A stretch of 64,000 nucleotides of DNA from Naegleria gruberi (taxonomy: Eukaryota), in the NCBI GenBank assembly GCA_000004985.1, contig GG738862.1; one strand, 5' to 3'. Under the pieces are notes generated by a model. That model was not told where the DNA came from, searched no databases, and saw only the letters and a list, made by a program, of their open reading frames with translations. A program made the position numbers and the translations under genes. This document shows, piece after piece, positions 30,972 through 41,243 of the stretch (positions are counted from its first letter, which is position 1; each line of letters begins with the position of its first letter).

Positions 30972-32870
30972 ATGATGCGCTTGCAAAAGTTAAAAAAAAT
31001 GGGAAAACGAAAACATTCAAAAATTTCAAAGGAAAAGAAAAATATTCATCAAAGGGAGGAAAAGTCTGCACCAGGAGTTGTTATGACTAATTTGCCAGAT
31101 GGAGCATCATTACAAATTTCTACAAAAAAGAAAAAGATGTCTCATGCTTCTTCTACTACTCCGAAGAATGATCAAATTGGATTGGAAATGATTGAAAAAT
31201 GGCAGCAAATTTTGAGTTTGCAAGATACACTCACCCTGATTCTGGGTTACATTCCCGAATATTTATTGGAGAGAACAATGAGATTTGTTAATAGGGATTT
31301 TTATCTTGCATCCTCTGTTGCTTGGAGAGAGAATATTCGAAGTTTGAAAATTCATGCATCATCACTCAAGGAAATAGAGATTGGTATTAAAAGATGGGAA
31401 AAACTCAAGAATTTGAAAGATGTAAAGATTTCGTTTACTGATTTTGATATATGCTATGAGTTTGATGTTTGTTGCTTGAGTCATTTGGGATTTGAAAAAA
31501 TTGGAGTTGTTAATACCACATCAATATTTTCCAAATCTCTTGTTGACACTAAATGGGTTGAAACTTTGAGATATTTACAAATTGATATTCATCAACAATA
31601 TTTTACTGCCTTGTTTGACTTGAATTTACACACTTTGGTTGTACAATTTCTTGAATTGGATGATAGTGAATTAATTATTGGAAAGGATGATAAGCCTTTA
31701 TTTAAAAGTTTAACCCATCTCGATTACTCGAGTATAGCATTCAATAACATGGATGAATTTTTGAATAGACTTGTTAACCTTAAAAAATTGAGAAATGGTG
31801 ATGATGACATGAGTATTGAGAATATCAAATTACCTAATTTGAAACACTATAATTGTATGCATGAATTAATGGGGATAGAAGAGGTATTTCCAAAGTTAGA
31901 ATCTCTAAAATCATATTCTAGTTTTTCAACAGCTAACGTGACAGGAGCAATCTCCCTAAAAACTTTAAAATCGGTAACCCTTAGTTTAGAATCAAAAACG
32001 ATTAGCTCTATTCCAGATGCACTGTTTAATTTACCACTCCTTGAAAAGTTGTCATTGCTTGTCTACTGCTCCAGTCTAACAAAATGTTCAAAAATTAACC
32101 CAAAACCATTGGATAATTTGAAAAAGGTAAAGCTTGTATTTTTTGAATACGAGAACGGTGAGCTTCCAATATCATTCTTTCATTTCAGAAAATGTAGCAA
32201 TATTGAAAAAATTAGATTTGAAGAGGAAAGTCAAAAGGTATTAGTGGATATGAATGATTTTTCAAATTTTCCATTATTGAAAAGTCTAGCAGTAACAGCT
32301 GGATCTGCTTCTAACTGGAATAGTCCTATTTGCACTCTGGAATCATTGGCAATTAATGTAAAAAAACAATGCTCAGTTACACTCACAGGACTAGACAAAC
32401 TGAAGCGTTTGGAATATGTATCACAAAATATGAATAGTCTGGTTCAATATCTAAATGATAACTCTAATGATTGTATTAGAGATTTGAATATTTCTGGAAA
32501 GGATATTTCAAAGTTCACATCATTTCCCTGTTGTTTGGAAACCCTCACCATTACACACATGTATCTAAAAGAAATTAATGAGAGATTTGTGAACATTGTC
32601 AAGAACCAAACCAACCTTAGAAAACTAGTCATTGAGGAATCCAAATTCGACCTGGTTCCACTCTTGGAATCGCTCACTTGTCTCATCCATCAAATTAGCA
32701 AAATACAATTGAGTGGTGAATGCTATCCTATACCATACTCTGAATCCAAATATATTACCAATTTACTCAAAGTCATATCAATATATGACTCCAAGAAAAT
32801 AGATCTCAAACTCAGTGGTTTTAATTATACATTCTCAAATCAATCAACTGGATATCTCATCTCTCAAATC
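30972..32870 (+). CDS. F-box-like/LRR-like protein, copy B (3' end lost in gap)
   Basis: About 99% identical to 16368-18302, with 5-6 amino-acid substitutions. The frame runs into the N run at 32871. Confidence 0.5.
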
Positions 32871-32920
32871 NNNNNNNNNNNNNNNNNNNNNNNNNNNNNN
32901 NNNNNNNNNNNNNNNNNNNN
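32871..32920. other. assembly gap (50 N)
   Basis: A run of n characters between the truncated copy-B gene and a 5'-truncated coiled-coil paralog. Confidence 0.95.
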
Positions 32921-33631
32921 ATCAGTCAAATACAGAAAACATTGCAAACTAAAGCTAGCACATCAGACTTATTCGTAGAAACTGTAGACAGGGAAAAGAG
33001 AAGGAATTCCATTGCTGAAGAGAAACTTCTTTCTGAAAACGAAACTTTGAGACAAGAAAAAGTTGATCTGTTGGGAAGAATCAGAGAGCTTGAAGAGAAG
33101 CAGAACAAGAGTGATGAACTTATTCGAAAGTTAGAATTGGAACTGGCCTCTTTCAGAAATAGAGAATCAATGGAAGTTACTGATTCAAAAACTGAACTAA
33201 TCCTTAATGAGATTACTAACTTATCTGCCAGAAATCAAGATATGATTTTTAATTACATGCTTGAGATTATTCCAAATGAGAATGATTCCGAATCTGAACT
33301 ATTCATTTCTCTCCTATCAAAATCTGTTTACAAATTAGAACCTGTTGATGAAAGACAGCAAATTAGCATGGCATGGGATAAGTTTAACTCCTCAATTATG
33401 AAACGTTTACCAAACTGCTACAAATTATTAATAGAAAACAAAGTTTACAAAGACAAATTCTTTGAAATTTTGAAGAATTGTCAAAGAATTAGTGATTTAT
33501 GTGAACAGTCACGAATTCCAAAGATTAGAATGGAGTGGGGTTCGTCTAAAGCAGGAATGGAGTGTATCTGCCCAGGAATAATGGCTGCCAATAGAGTAAT
33601 AGTCGATAGCATTTATTCTAAATATTTCTAA
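32921..33631 (+). CDS. coiled-coil paralog family member, 5' part missing (open frame from the gap edge)
   Basis: The frame is open from the first base after the gap (ISQIQKTLQTKASTSDLFVETVDREKRRNSIAEEKLLSENETLRQEK...). Its C-terminal 120 aa are homologous to 21157-22332 (TDSKTELILNEITNLSARNQDMIFNYMLEI...CQRISDLCEQSRIPKIRMEWGSSKAGMECICPGIMAANRVIV). Confidence 0.55.
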   Translation: MSQIQKTLQTKASTSDLFVETVDREKRRNSIAEEKLLSENETLRQEKVDLLGRIRELEEKQNKSDELIRKLELELASFRNRESMEVTDSKTELILNEITNLSARNQDMIFNYMLEIIPNENDSESELFISLLSKSVYKLEPVDERQQISMAWDKFNSSIMKRLPNCYKLLIENKVYKDKFFEILKNCQRISDLCEQSRIPKIRMEWGSSKAGMECICPGIMAANRVIVDSIYSKYF

Positions 33632-33637
33632 TAAAGG

Positions 33638-35281
33638 TTATTCGAAATGATTGACAGCCATGTGAGTCATAAAGGTGACAGTGGTTGTTACTTGCTTTGT
33701 TGCATCTGTTGGTATAACATCCACTCTCAAAGCATTAGCAGCACTCAAAGACAATCTCACTCTAAATATATCTCCAATACTCATGGACGAAACATCCACT
33801 TTCAGATCTGCCTGAAATACACAACCCATCTCATCAACAAAATTAACCTTTTTGACAGCTCTATAAATTTTGATTTCAATAATAGATGCATCAGTATTCT
33901 TTACAAATTGCTTATCAACATAGAATTGATCAGTGATTTCCTGATTAATGTTAATCATTGAGGAAAATACTCCAGTGCAAACGAAAGGTTCAGCCGAATC
34001 TCCCTCAATTCTCTTAAGTCTCTTCTCATCATCCTTACCAAATTTAAATGCTCTCTCACTTTCAATACCATAGGCATGTTTTGATCTTCTGCATGCAATC
34101 TTGTCTGGATTTCTTCCCAAATAGGCAGCACCTTTTACAACAGATTCAGATCCAAATGAAGGAACGACAATTTTACCCTTTGCCAACTCTTGAAAGACTT
34201 CCATTCTCTTCATAAGAAGTTTGGATTGTGAAAAGCCACCAACAAAGATTAAATAATTATAAATATCCTTATCAAGAATAGAATTGACAAAATCTTCAAT
34301 TTCAGCAAAAACTGAACCAAATACTTCAGTTTCTAATTCTTTCTTTGAAACTACAATGGAATCTAACTTGTACATTGAGTGACCTTTGAGACTTGGAATT
34401 GTGACTTTAAGTGGACAATATCCTTCATAATTAAACATTGTAATCTTTTGACTTTCCCATTGATTAGTAATATTTTGAATGTCAATGGAAGACAATGCAG
34501 AGTACAAATCGCCAAGTTTCGTTTTCAAATACTCTAACAAGAGTCTGTCTAATTTGGTACTTCCAGCATTGATTGCAGTAGAATACCTTGAACACTTTAA
34601 TTTACCATTCAATACACTGACAGCTGTCACATCAACAGTACCACCTCCAGCATCAACAACCAAATATCTTTCCCCATCTTTCATTTGCAATTGACTTTTA
34701 CATTCTTCCAAAATGTAAACAGCAGCAGCTTCAGGTTCCAACAAGAACATGAGAGTTTCTTCACCAGGATCTTCTTCTTCTACCAAACCAGCTTCAAAGA
34801 ACACCTTTTTAATAACTTGAATGTGTTCTCTTTCCCAATTTGCAGGAACAGTTGAAACCCAACGAACAGAATGAGGATCAAGTTTATACTTGGTTAAAGC
34901 AGAAGCAGAGAATAGTTTCAAATAGTCTGCTAGAACTTTAACCACACTGAATGATATGCCATTCACTACCATTTCCTTATCTTCGTCTGGATCAATAAAT
35001 AGAGCTTGTTTCATTCCTGTGAGAAAGTAATAGTTGACTTTAACGTCATCTGTCATGGCAAAGTATTTCTTGCTTGCTTCGTAACCAATGCTATCCACCT
35101 GGAGAAATGAATTGTATAATACACATGTCTTGTTTTTCAGTTGACTTTTACCATTTTCATCATCGTGTCTAACAGTTTCAGGTGTTTGTGAAGTTTGAGG
35201 AAGAACACAAATACCACTCAGTGTCGATCCTAGATCGAGAGAGACGTTTGTTTTAGTGAGTGTGTCAATGAATCCTACCAT
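33638..35281 (-). CDS. HSPA12-like atypical Hsp70 ATPase (~547 aa)
   Basis: The track ORF starts at 35389 with TTG; the first ATG is at ~35279-35281 (MVGFIDTLTKTNVSLDLGSTLSGICV, the phosphate-1 motif). VRWVSTVPANWE matches HSPA12 RWVITVPAIW. LVVDAGGGTVDVTAVSV matches the Hsp70 phosphate-2/GGGT motif. A C-terminal lid-like region follows. Paralogous to 28761-29258. Confidence 0.7.
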   Translation of the reverse strand: MVGFIDTLTKTNVSLDLGSTLSGICVLPQTSQTPETVRHDDENGKSQLKNKTCVLYNSFLQVDSIGYEASKKYFAMTDDVKVNYYFLTGMKQALFIDPDEDKEMVVNGISFSVVKVLADYLKLFSASALTKYKLDPHSVRWVSTVPANWEREHIQVIKKVFFEAGLVEEEDPGEETLMFLLEPEAAAVYILEECKSQLQMKDGERYLVVDAGGGTVDVTAVSVLNGKLKCSRYSTAINAGSTKLDRLLLEYLKTKLGDLYSALSSIDIQNITNQWESQKITMFNYEGYCPLKVTIPSLKGHSMYKLDSIVVSKKELETEVFGSVFAEIEDFVNSILDKDIYNYLIFVGGFSQSKLLMKRMEVFQELAKGKIVVPSFGSESVVKGAAYLGRNPDKIACRRSKHAYGIESERAFKFGKDDEKRLKRIEGDSAEPFVCTGVFSSMININQEITDQFYVDKQFVKNTDASIIEIKIYRAVKKVNFVDEMGCVFQADLKVDVSSMSIGDIFRVRLSLSAANALRVDVIPTDATKQVTTTVTFMTHMAVNHFE

Positions 35282-35441
35282 TTTTTTTAAATATTGGAAG
35301 TAAATTGACGTGTTGACATTGAAGGATGGTTGGGAATTGTCAAAGACGTGTGACAAAACTTGACGAGTGATACAAAAACGTGGTGGCAATTAATTGTATC
35401 AATTTTGAGCTGCTATTATGCTTGTCCAATTGGTTTATTAT

Positions 35442-36922
35442 TTATATTGATTCCTTTAATTCAACTTGTTGCTTAGTTTGAACTACAGAATTAACTACTT
35501 GCTTTTCAGAGGAGTGATTAGAATCATTCTTTCTATCCTTAATCTTCTTCCACACAATTTCAATGAAATCAAACACAGCACGTTTATGTCTAACTCTAAA
35601 ATCATGAACATAATAAATCAAACAACTACAATTCCAATACTTAAGGTCAATCAAAAATTCAAAAAGAAAAACGTACGCATTAACAAAAGATCCGCCAATA
35701 ATGTTACCAATTGTTACTGGCAACAAATTCATAATGAAAAAGTCATAGAGAGTTACATTAGCTCCGTACTGTTAAAATCAATGAGAATTCTATTAACTAT
35801 TTGTGGATTAGAAAACTTACAAGCATGCCAAGTGGAATATAGAATGCATTAGCGATAGAGTGTTCAAATCCAAGAGAAACGAATGACATTACAGGAAACC
35901 AAATACCAATAATCTTTGATTGTACTGTAGTAGCTGCTGTTGCATTGAAAACTCCCAATGTAACAAGCATGTTACAAATAATTCCCAATAATACTTGATT
36001 TCCAAATGTCTTATTTGTCTTGGCTTCAGCTAAATGTTTAATATATTCAATCCAATGAGCTGAGCAACATGGTTGTGGCAAATACATGAAGAGATAGGCA
36101 AATATAAAAGCTCCAAAACAATTAAAAATGTAGGTTAGGAATAAGTTCTTCGAAAATTGAGCATATCTAATCAATTTGAGTAAGCATCCAACAATTAAAA
36201 CTTACTGGATGAGAATCTTCTTCGACCTCCAATTTCTCGAGAACAATCCAATCAATACAATCACTACATTTCCTGTAAACAATTCAGAACCAGTAAGATT
36301 GATCAAAATCAACCCAATTGGAAAGACACTATTCAAATAAATAAGCTCAATAACTTGAAAGAACTACTTACGCTCCACCAAAGAATTTTTGAATTCCAGG
36401 ATTTGTTTCTTCCAAACCAGGAGAATTACCTGCTGTAATCACAGTTACTGCACCAGCCAGTCCTTTGAAAATACCAGCAAATAATGACAATATTATCAAT
36501 TGATCAATTGTTAACTTTGATTTCCTAATACCATCTGCCTTGAATTTATCCAAAACCATAGCAGGTGTATTAAATAATACCAAATCTTTCTTCTCTGGTA
36601 TTGGTGTTTCATCATGATGCTTTTCATCAGATAGATGATTACTTGTTAATGTCGATGGAATTGATGATCTCGACAAGACTCTCGGATTCTTTTCCAAGTC
36701 ATTCTCCTCAACATCCAAAATAAATTCCTCCTCTTCTCCATGTTCAGTCGATGCTGAATTTGGGTGTTGTTGTGGGTGTTGTTGTTGTTCTAGTTGAATA
36801 GCATTAAATTCCTTGGCCACCTTGATCGTATTAAGGTTCAACAGCACTGGTGAGTGTAATTCCTCTCCGGATCCGCTCGCTGTTGATACGAGGTGGTGTT
36901 GTTCTTGTTCTTGTTGGCTCAT
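35442..36922 (-). CDS. formate/nitrite transporter (FNT) family protein, paralog 1, 5 exons (~431 aa)
   Basis: Exons (minus strand) are ~36372-36922, 36206-36328, 35821-36166, 35677-35768 and 35442-35625. Introns: 43 nt (GTAAGT...AATAG), 39 nt (GTAAGT...GATTAG), 52 nt (GTAAGT...AACAG) and an in-frame 51-nt intron (GTACGT...TTGTAG) that the ORF track reads through. FNT hallmarks: SELFTGN, LGIICNMLVTLGVF, FEHSIANAFYIPLGM, LLPVTIGNIIGG. N-terminal ~115 aa H/E/Q-rich extension. TAA stop. Confidence 0.85.
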
Positions 36923-37260
36923 GATAATTTGTCAGTTCCTCTCAATTTAATATGAAAATGAGCGAGACGACCTGTTGTGGTGTTTTTTTTTTGTTTCCTT
37001 AAACTCCAACACAACGGATTCTTGATTACGTTTGTGTGTTTCTGGGAAGGGGTACTTAAAAGTGAGGGTGAACATAATAAGGACCTAGAATAGTAATTGT
37101 TTCTGGTGGTTTCGGTTATTTTTTTCCATTGTTGTCGTCCATGATTGTTGGATGCAGAGCATAAATTTCGCCAAAAAAAGGCCTTTGAAAAAATGTCAGT
37201 TCGATCTGGTCATATTTGAAATTAGGTCAGCATTGTTTCATGAACCAGAGGCGGTTTATT

Positions 37261-38825
37261 CTAAACATGTTTTGAAGTATTTTCTTTCAGTTCAATATTT
37301 GAGTCGGTGTTCTTGTTGTTGTTGGATTTGTTATCTTTGATCCTTTTCCACAATTTTTCGAGACCATTAAAGATTGCTCTTTGATGTCTAACTCTATAAT
37401 CATGAACATAGTATAACAAACATCTGATTATTAATTGTTTTAATTAACCATTAAAAAGAATTGATTAACTTACGCATTAAAGATGGCTCCTCCAATAATA
37501 TTTCCAATCGTTACAGGAAGTAAGTTGCCAATGAGGAAGTCATACACTGTGACATTAGCTCCATACTTTTAAAATATATAGTAATCATATGAATCAGATA
37601 CTTACATGCATACCAAGTGGAATATAGAATGCATTGGCAATAGAGTGTTCGAATCCAAGTGCCACAAATGACATAATAGGAAACCAAATTCCAATGACTT
37701 TGCCTCCTAGGGTAGTTGCTGCATTGGCATTGTAAATTGCTATAGTAACCAACATGTTACAAATAATTCCCAAGAGAACAAGACTTCCAAAGGTTTTTGT
37801 TGTTTTTGAGACGGCTGAATTTTGGATAAACGTTATCCAGTGAGCAGAACAACATGGTTGAGGAAGATAAATGAAAAAGTATGCAAACATATAAGCCCCC
37901 AAGCAATTGAAAATGTAGCTCACAAAGAGATTCTTTGAAAATTGTGCATACCTTGAATAATGTGTTAGAAAATTGAGCTCATGGATCTTACTTACTGAAG
38001 TAAAAACTTTTTGGCTCTCCATTTCCTTGCAAATAATCCAATCAAGAGAACAAGTACATTTCCTGTAAATAATTCAGATCCAGTAAAAACAATCAGCATC
38101 AAGCCAACTGGAAAAACACTACAACATGGTTATTATAATATGTTTCGAATAACTTACGCTGCTGCTAATAGCTTTTGCAATCCAGGATTCTCCTCCTCCA
38201 GTTTAGCTACATTTCCTCCTATTAAGGTAGCCATCGCACAAGCAAGTCCTTTGAAAATCCCAGCAAATAACGAAAGAATAATCAATTGGTCAATTGTTAA
38301 TTTAGACTTTTTGATACCATCAACTTTCATTTTTTCAAGAACCATCTTTGGAGAATTAAACAATACAATATCAGGATGAGTATTGATAATCTGTTGTTGA
38401 ATAACTGGTTGTTGTCCTGAATTTTGATTTGCATTTGTTGTCGTCGTCGATGACTCTTTAGAAGCCTTCACATTCTTTTCCTTCTCTCGAACTTCCACAA
38501 TGTCGACAACAACCGTATCGACATCTTTGGTCGATTCTGGAGCCGAAATCTGCTGCTGCTGTTGCTGACGAACAATGGGTTTCTCCTGACTTTCTATTGG
38601 CTGCATATTCGTAAAAGATGAAGAACCAAAAGAATTTTGTTGTTGTACTTGCATGATATCATTCATCGAGTTGTTATTAGTAGTAGTCGAATTAGTATTA
38701 TTAAAGAGGAGCATTGTATTTTCAGTTTGTGGTGGTGGCATTGCCGGATGATAACTCAACAAATTGATAGTAGAATCAATGGATTCGTCGCGGTAAAGGA
38801 GTTGTTGCTGTTGTTGAGTGGACAT
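37261..38825 (-). CDS. formate/nitrite transporter (FNT) family protein, paralog 2, 5 exons (~463 aa)
   Basis: Exons ~38158-38825, 37996-38118, 37606-37951, 37474-37565 and 37261-37423. Introns are 39, 44, 40 and 50 nt, all GTAAGT...AG, at the same positions as paralog 1. Motifs: SELFTGN, LGIICNMLVTIAIY, FEHSIANAFYIPLGM, LLPVTIGNIIGG; C-terminus LLYYVHDYRVRHQRAIFNGLEKLWKRIKD, as in paralog 1. N-terminal ~150 aa Q/N/T-rich extension (MSTQQQQQLL...). TAG stop. The + ORF 37152-37340 is spurious. Confidence 0.85.
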
Positions 38826-39187
38826 TTTTTTTGTGTGTTTGTTTTTTTAAAGAAGGAACAATGCTCAAAAAGGCGCGCTCATTACAAAAAGTAGCCGAAA
38901 TGAAGTTTGCAGTACGAACTACTCAGATACAGCTGTAGTAGGGGAAACTATTTGGGAATAGTTCAGAATGGTTAGTAATCAGCACACTCGAGCACTTGAG
39001 AGAATGATCAATTGTGAGATTTTTTTTTTCAATATGAAAATAAATTATGTTTATTTGTGAAAAGCGGAAAGTACAATTGAGAGAAAGAGAGTGGAAAAAT
39101 GGGGAATCAAGAAAAAGATTTTTTGCATGTAGTGGATTGGATTCGTTTACAGTTTAGAATAAAATTTCTTTATATCCGAAAGGTATC

Positions 39188-40438
39188 TTATTCCATATCA
39201 TTATCAGATAAAACACTATTTGGTGCTGATCCAGATTTTTGCTTAATTAGAACATTTTCCTTAATAAATGTTGAAAGTGCGAGTGCCATCTTCTCATCTC
39301 CAGTAACATGTGGATGTCCATCACAACCCCATTCGTTTGGTTTCAATGTTCCCATAACTTTGGATAAATCATAGTAAAATACAGTCTTTCCATAATTGGC
39401 TTGTCTTTCAGCAATTTGTTTCACATATTGAATGTTACCAAGATGAAGTTTCTAATAAATTTCCAATAAATTTCAAACGAAAGAAACTAAACTTACCACA
39501 AGAACCAATTTCAAATTTGGATTCCTTACCAAATACTTTGCCTTAATAAGATCTATAACTTTCTGATAGCCAGCTCCAAATTCTTCCAATGAAGGTCTTG
39601 GAGGAGTACTAAAATCATTAGTTCCCAAAGAGATTACAACCAAATCTGGAACCACGGAGAAATTCCAAGGTTTTGTGGCATCGTTGGCCAAAGTTCTGCC
39701 ATAGAAAAGTGGAAGAGGATCCTTGGAGACAGTTGACTTGTCGCCATAGTTTCTAACCATTCCTTTACCACTCCAACATTGAACGTGTGAAGTTGTGGCA
39801 TTGAGATATCTGGCAGTTTTTTGGACGAAACTCTCATGAACATTTTCAGTAGCTGCTTCAAAGTGACATGGAGCTACTTTCAAATTTCCATATCCGCAAC
39901 TAATGGAATCACCAATAAATTCCATCTTGAAACTTTTAGACGAAACTATTGGACTCAAAGATTTGATTAAGGCATCACTTTTCAAAATTACAAAACCAGA
40001 AAACCAAACAATTCCAAAACTAGCTTCAGTTCTCTTCTCAATTTCAACTTCGATATTATAAGAATTTGAAGATTGCCTTGCCCATTTGAATTCAACAGAA
40101 TATCCACCATTCTTGGCATCTCTTGGTGTGGTTGCTGAAATGACAAGTGAAGTTAACAATGTCAAACGTTTGTGTTGATCGTTGAGAAGCCAAACGTTGG
40201 CATTGTAAAAGTTTTTAGTTTCTTTCAATTTGACAATTAGTGGAAGAGTTGGTTGAGAATTATCTTGAATGTAATATAAACGAGTAGCCATGGTAAAACC
40301 AGACCAATCGAATAGAATTTGGTCTCCTTGTGTGAAGTAACGACCATTCGAATAAATTACTTGTGGTGATTTAGCCGAAATGGTCAAGGAATAAACAAGG
40401 TGTGAACATAACAAGACACTAACAGCAATTAAACACAA
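39188..40438 (-). CDS. SGNH/GDSL-family hydrolase with N-terminal beta-sandwich domain (carbohydrate-esterase-CE2-like), 2 exons; signal-peptide region out of frame with upstream ATG
   Basis: Exon 1 ~39497-40438, a 45-nt intron (GTAAGTTTAG...TTATTAG) at ~39452-39496, exon 2 39188-39451. SGNH blocks: FIGDSISCGYG (block I, Ser), VISLGTNDF (block III), GCDGHPHV (block V, D..H). CLIAVSVLLCSHLVYS is a signal peptide but has no in-frame ATG. The ATG (~40459-40461) is in another frame and would be restored by removing one A from CTCAAAATTG. Confidence 0.65.
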
Positions 40439-40568
40439 TTTTGAGAACTGACATTTTTTTTAATTATGTTTCGTCTAAATCGATTGTTGTAATCAACAAA
40501 GAGAGAATCATTGGTTCACTAATAAAAATGTTGTATTAAATTTATTACAAAAAACCAAGACAAAAAAA

Positions 40569-41219
40569 ATGGCGCCACTCGCAGTTGCTGTTGGTTGTGA
40601 AGCTTTGTTAATCTCATCATGCCTCTTCGGAATTCATAAATCGATCAAGTACAAGCCTAAAAATTACTTTGGATTTGTATTATTATTTGCATCGATCGCT
40701 GTGGCTGCAGTGTTGGGTATTGGTAATTATGCTTCATTGCATCCATCACTGATTACTATTCATCCGATTGTGAGTGGTTATGTGACTAATAGTATTTTGC
40801 CACTCTTGTTACCATTCTCTGTTTATCAAGCTCTTGATTGTGGACCTGTTCGTATGTCAAAGAATGTTGGACAAGTAGTTTTGGGAGTGTTGATTAGTTT
40901 GATTGCTTTTTTGATTTATAATCCTAAATTTATTACTACTCAATTGGGTGTGGAAGGAGAGGTTATTGTTATTGGATCAGTTGTTTTATGTGTTGTATTT
41001 TCAATTTATGGACTTGTTGCTGGTTATTCCAGATACAGATGCAAGAATATGATTCTATGTGTATTGACAATGCTTTTGGCAGATACTATTTTAAGTAAGA
41101 ATTTATTGGGAACCTTGAATATTAAGACTGACCCTTTTGGAAGTGTTGATGTTTTCCACATTATCTTTGCACTTGCTATGGTATTTTTAGGAAATGTATC
41201 TGGTGGTGCCACCTTTTAA
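40569..41219 (+). CDS. hypothetical multi-pass membrane protein (216 aa)
   Basis: ATG at 40569 after an A-rich leader. Five to six hydrophobic helices (FVLLFASIAVAAVLGIG, VVLGVLISLIAFLIY, VIVIGSVVLCVVFSIYGLVAG, HIIFALAMVFLG). No recognisable family. Confidence 0.45.
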   Translation: MAPLAVAVGCEALLISSCLFGIHKSIKYKPKNYFGFVLLFASIAVAAVLGIGNYASLHPSLITIHPIVSGYVTNSILPLLLPFSVYQALDCGPVRMSKNVGQVVLGVLISLIAFLIYNPKFITTQLGVEGEVIVIGSVVLCVVFSIYGLVAGYSRYRCKNMILCVLTMLLADTILSKNLLGTLNIKTDPFGSVDVFHIIFALAMVFLGNVSGGATF

Positions 41220-41243
41220 TGTATTATAGACTAAAATGAATAT

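Larger units (their letters stand above)
29309..32870. repeat. segmental duplication copy B (~3.6 kb), near-identical to 14176-18266, bounded by N gaps on both sides
   Basis: Collinear with copy A. The differences are a 1-nt and a 2-nt indel, a ~520-nt deletion relative to copy A (copy A ~15218-15712; the junction GAGATG|GATATTT has ATG microhomology), and a few substitutions (e.g. CYLETLTITNMY vs CCLETLTITHMY). Confidence 0.8.

Noticed and set aside
37152-37340. Plus ORF overlapping the 3' end of FNT paralog 2
   Set aside because: It is antisense to the last exon and 3' UTR of a well-supported gene and is Cys- and Leu-codon noise.
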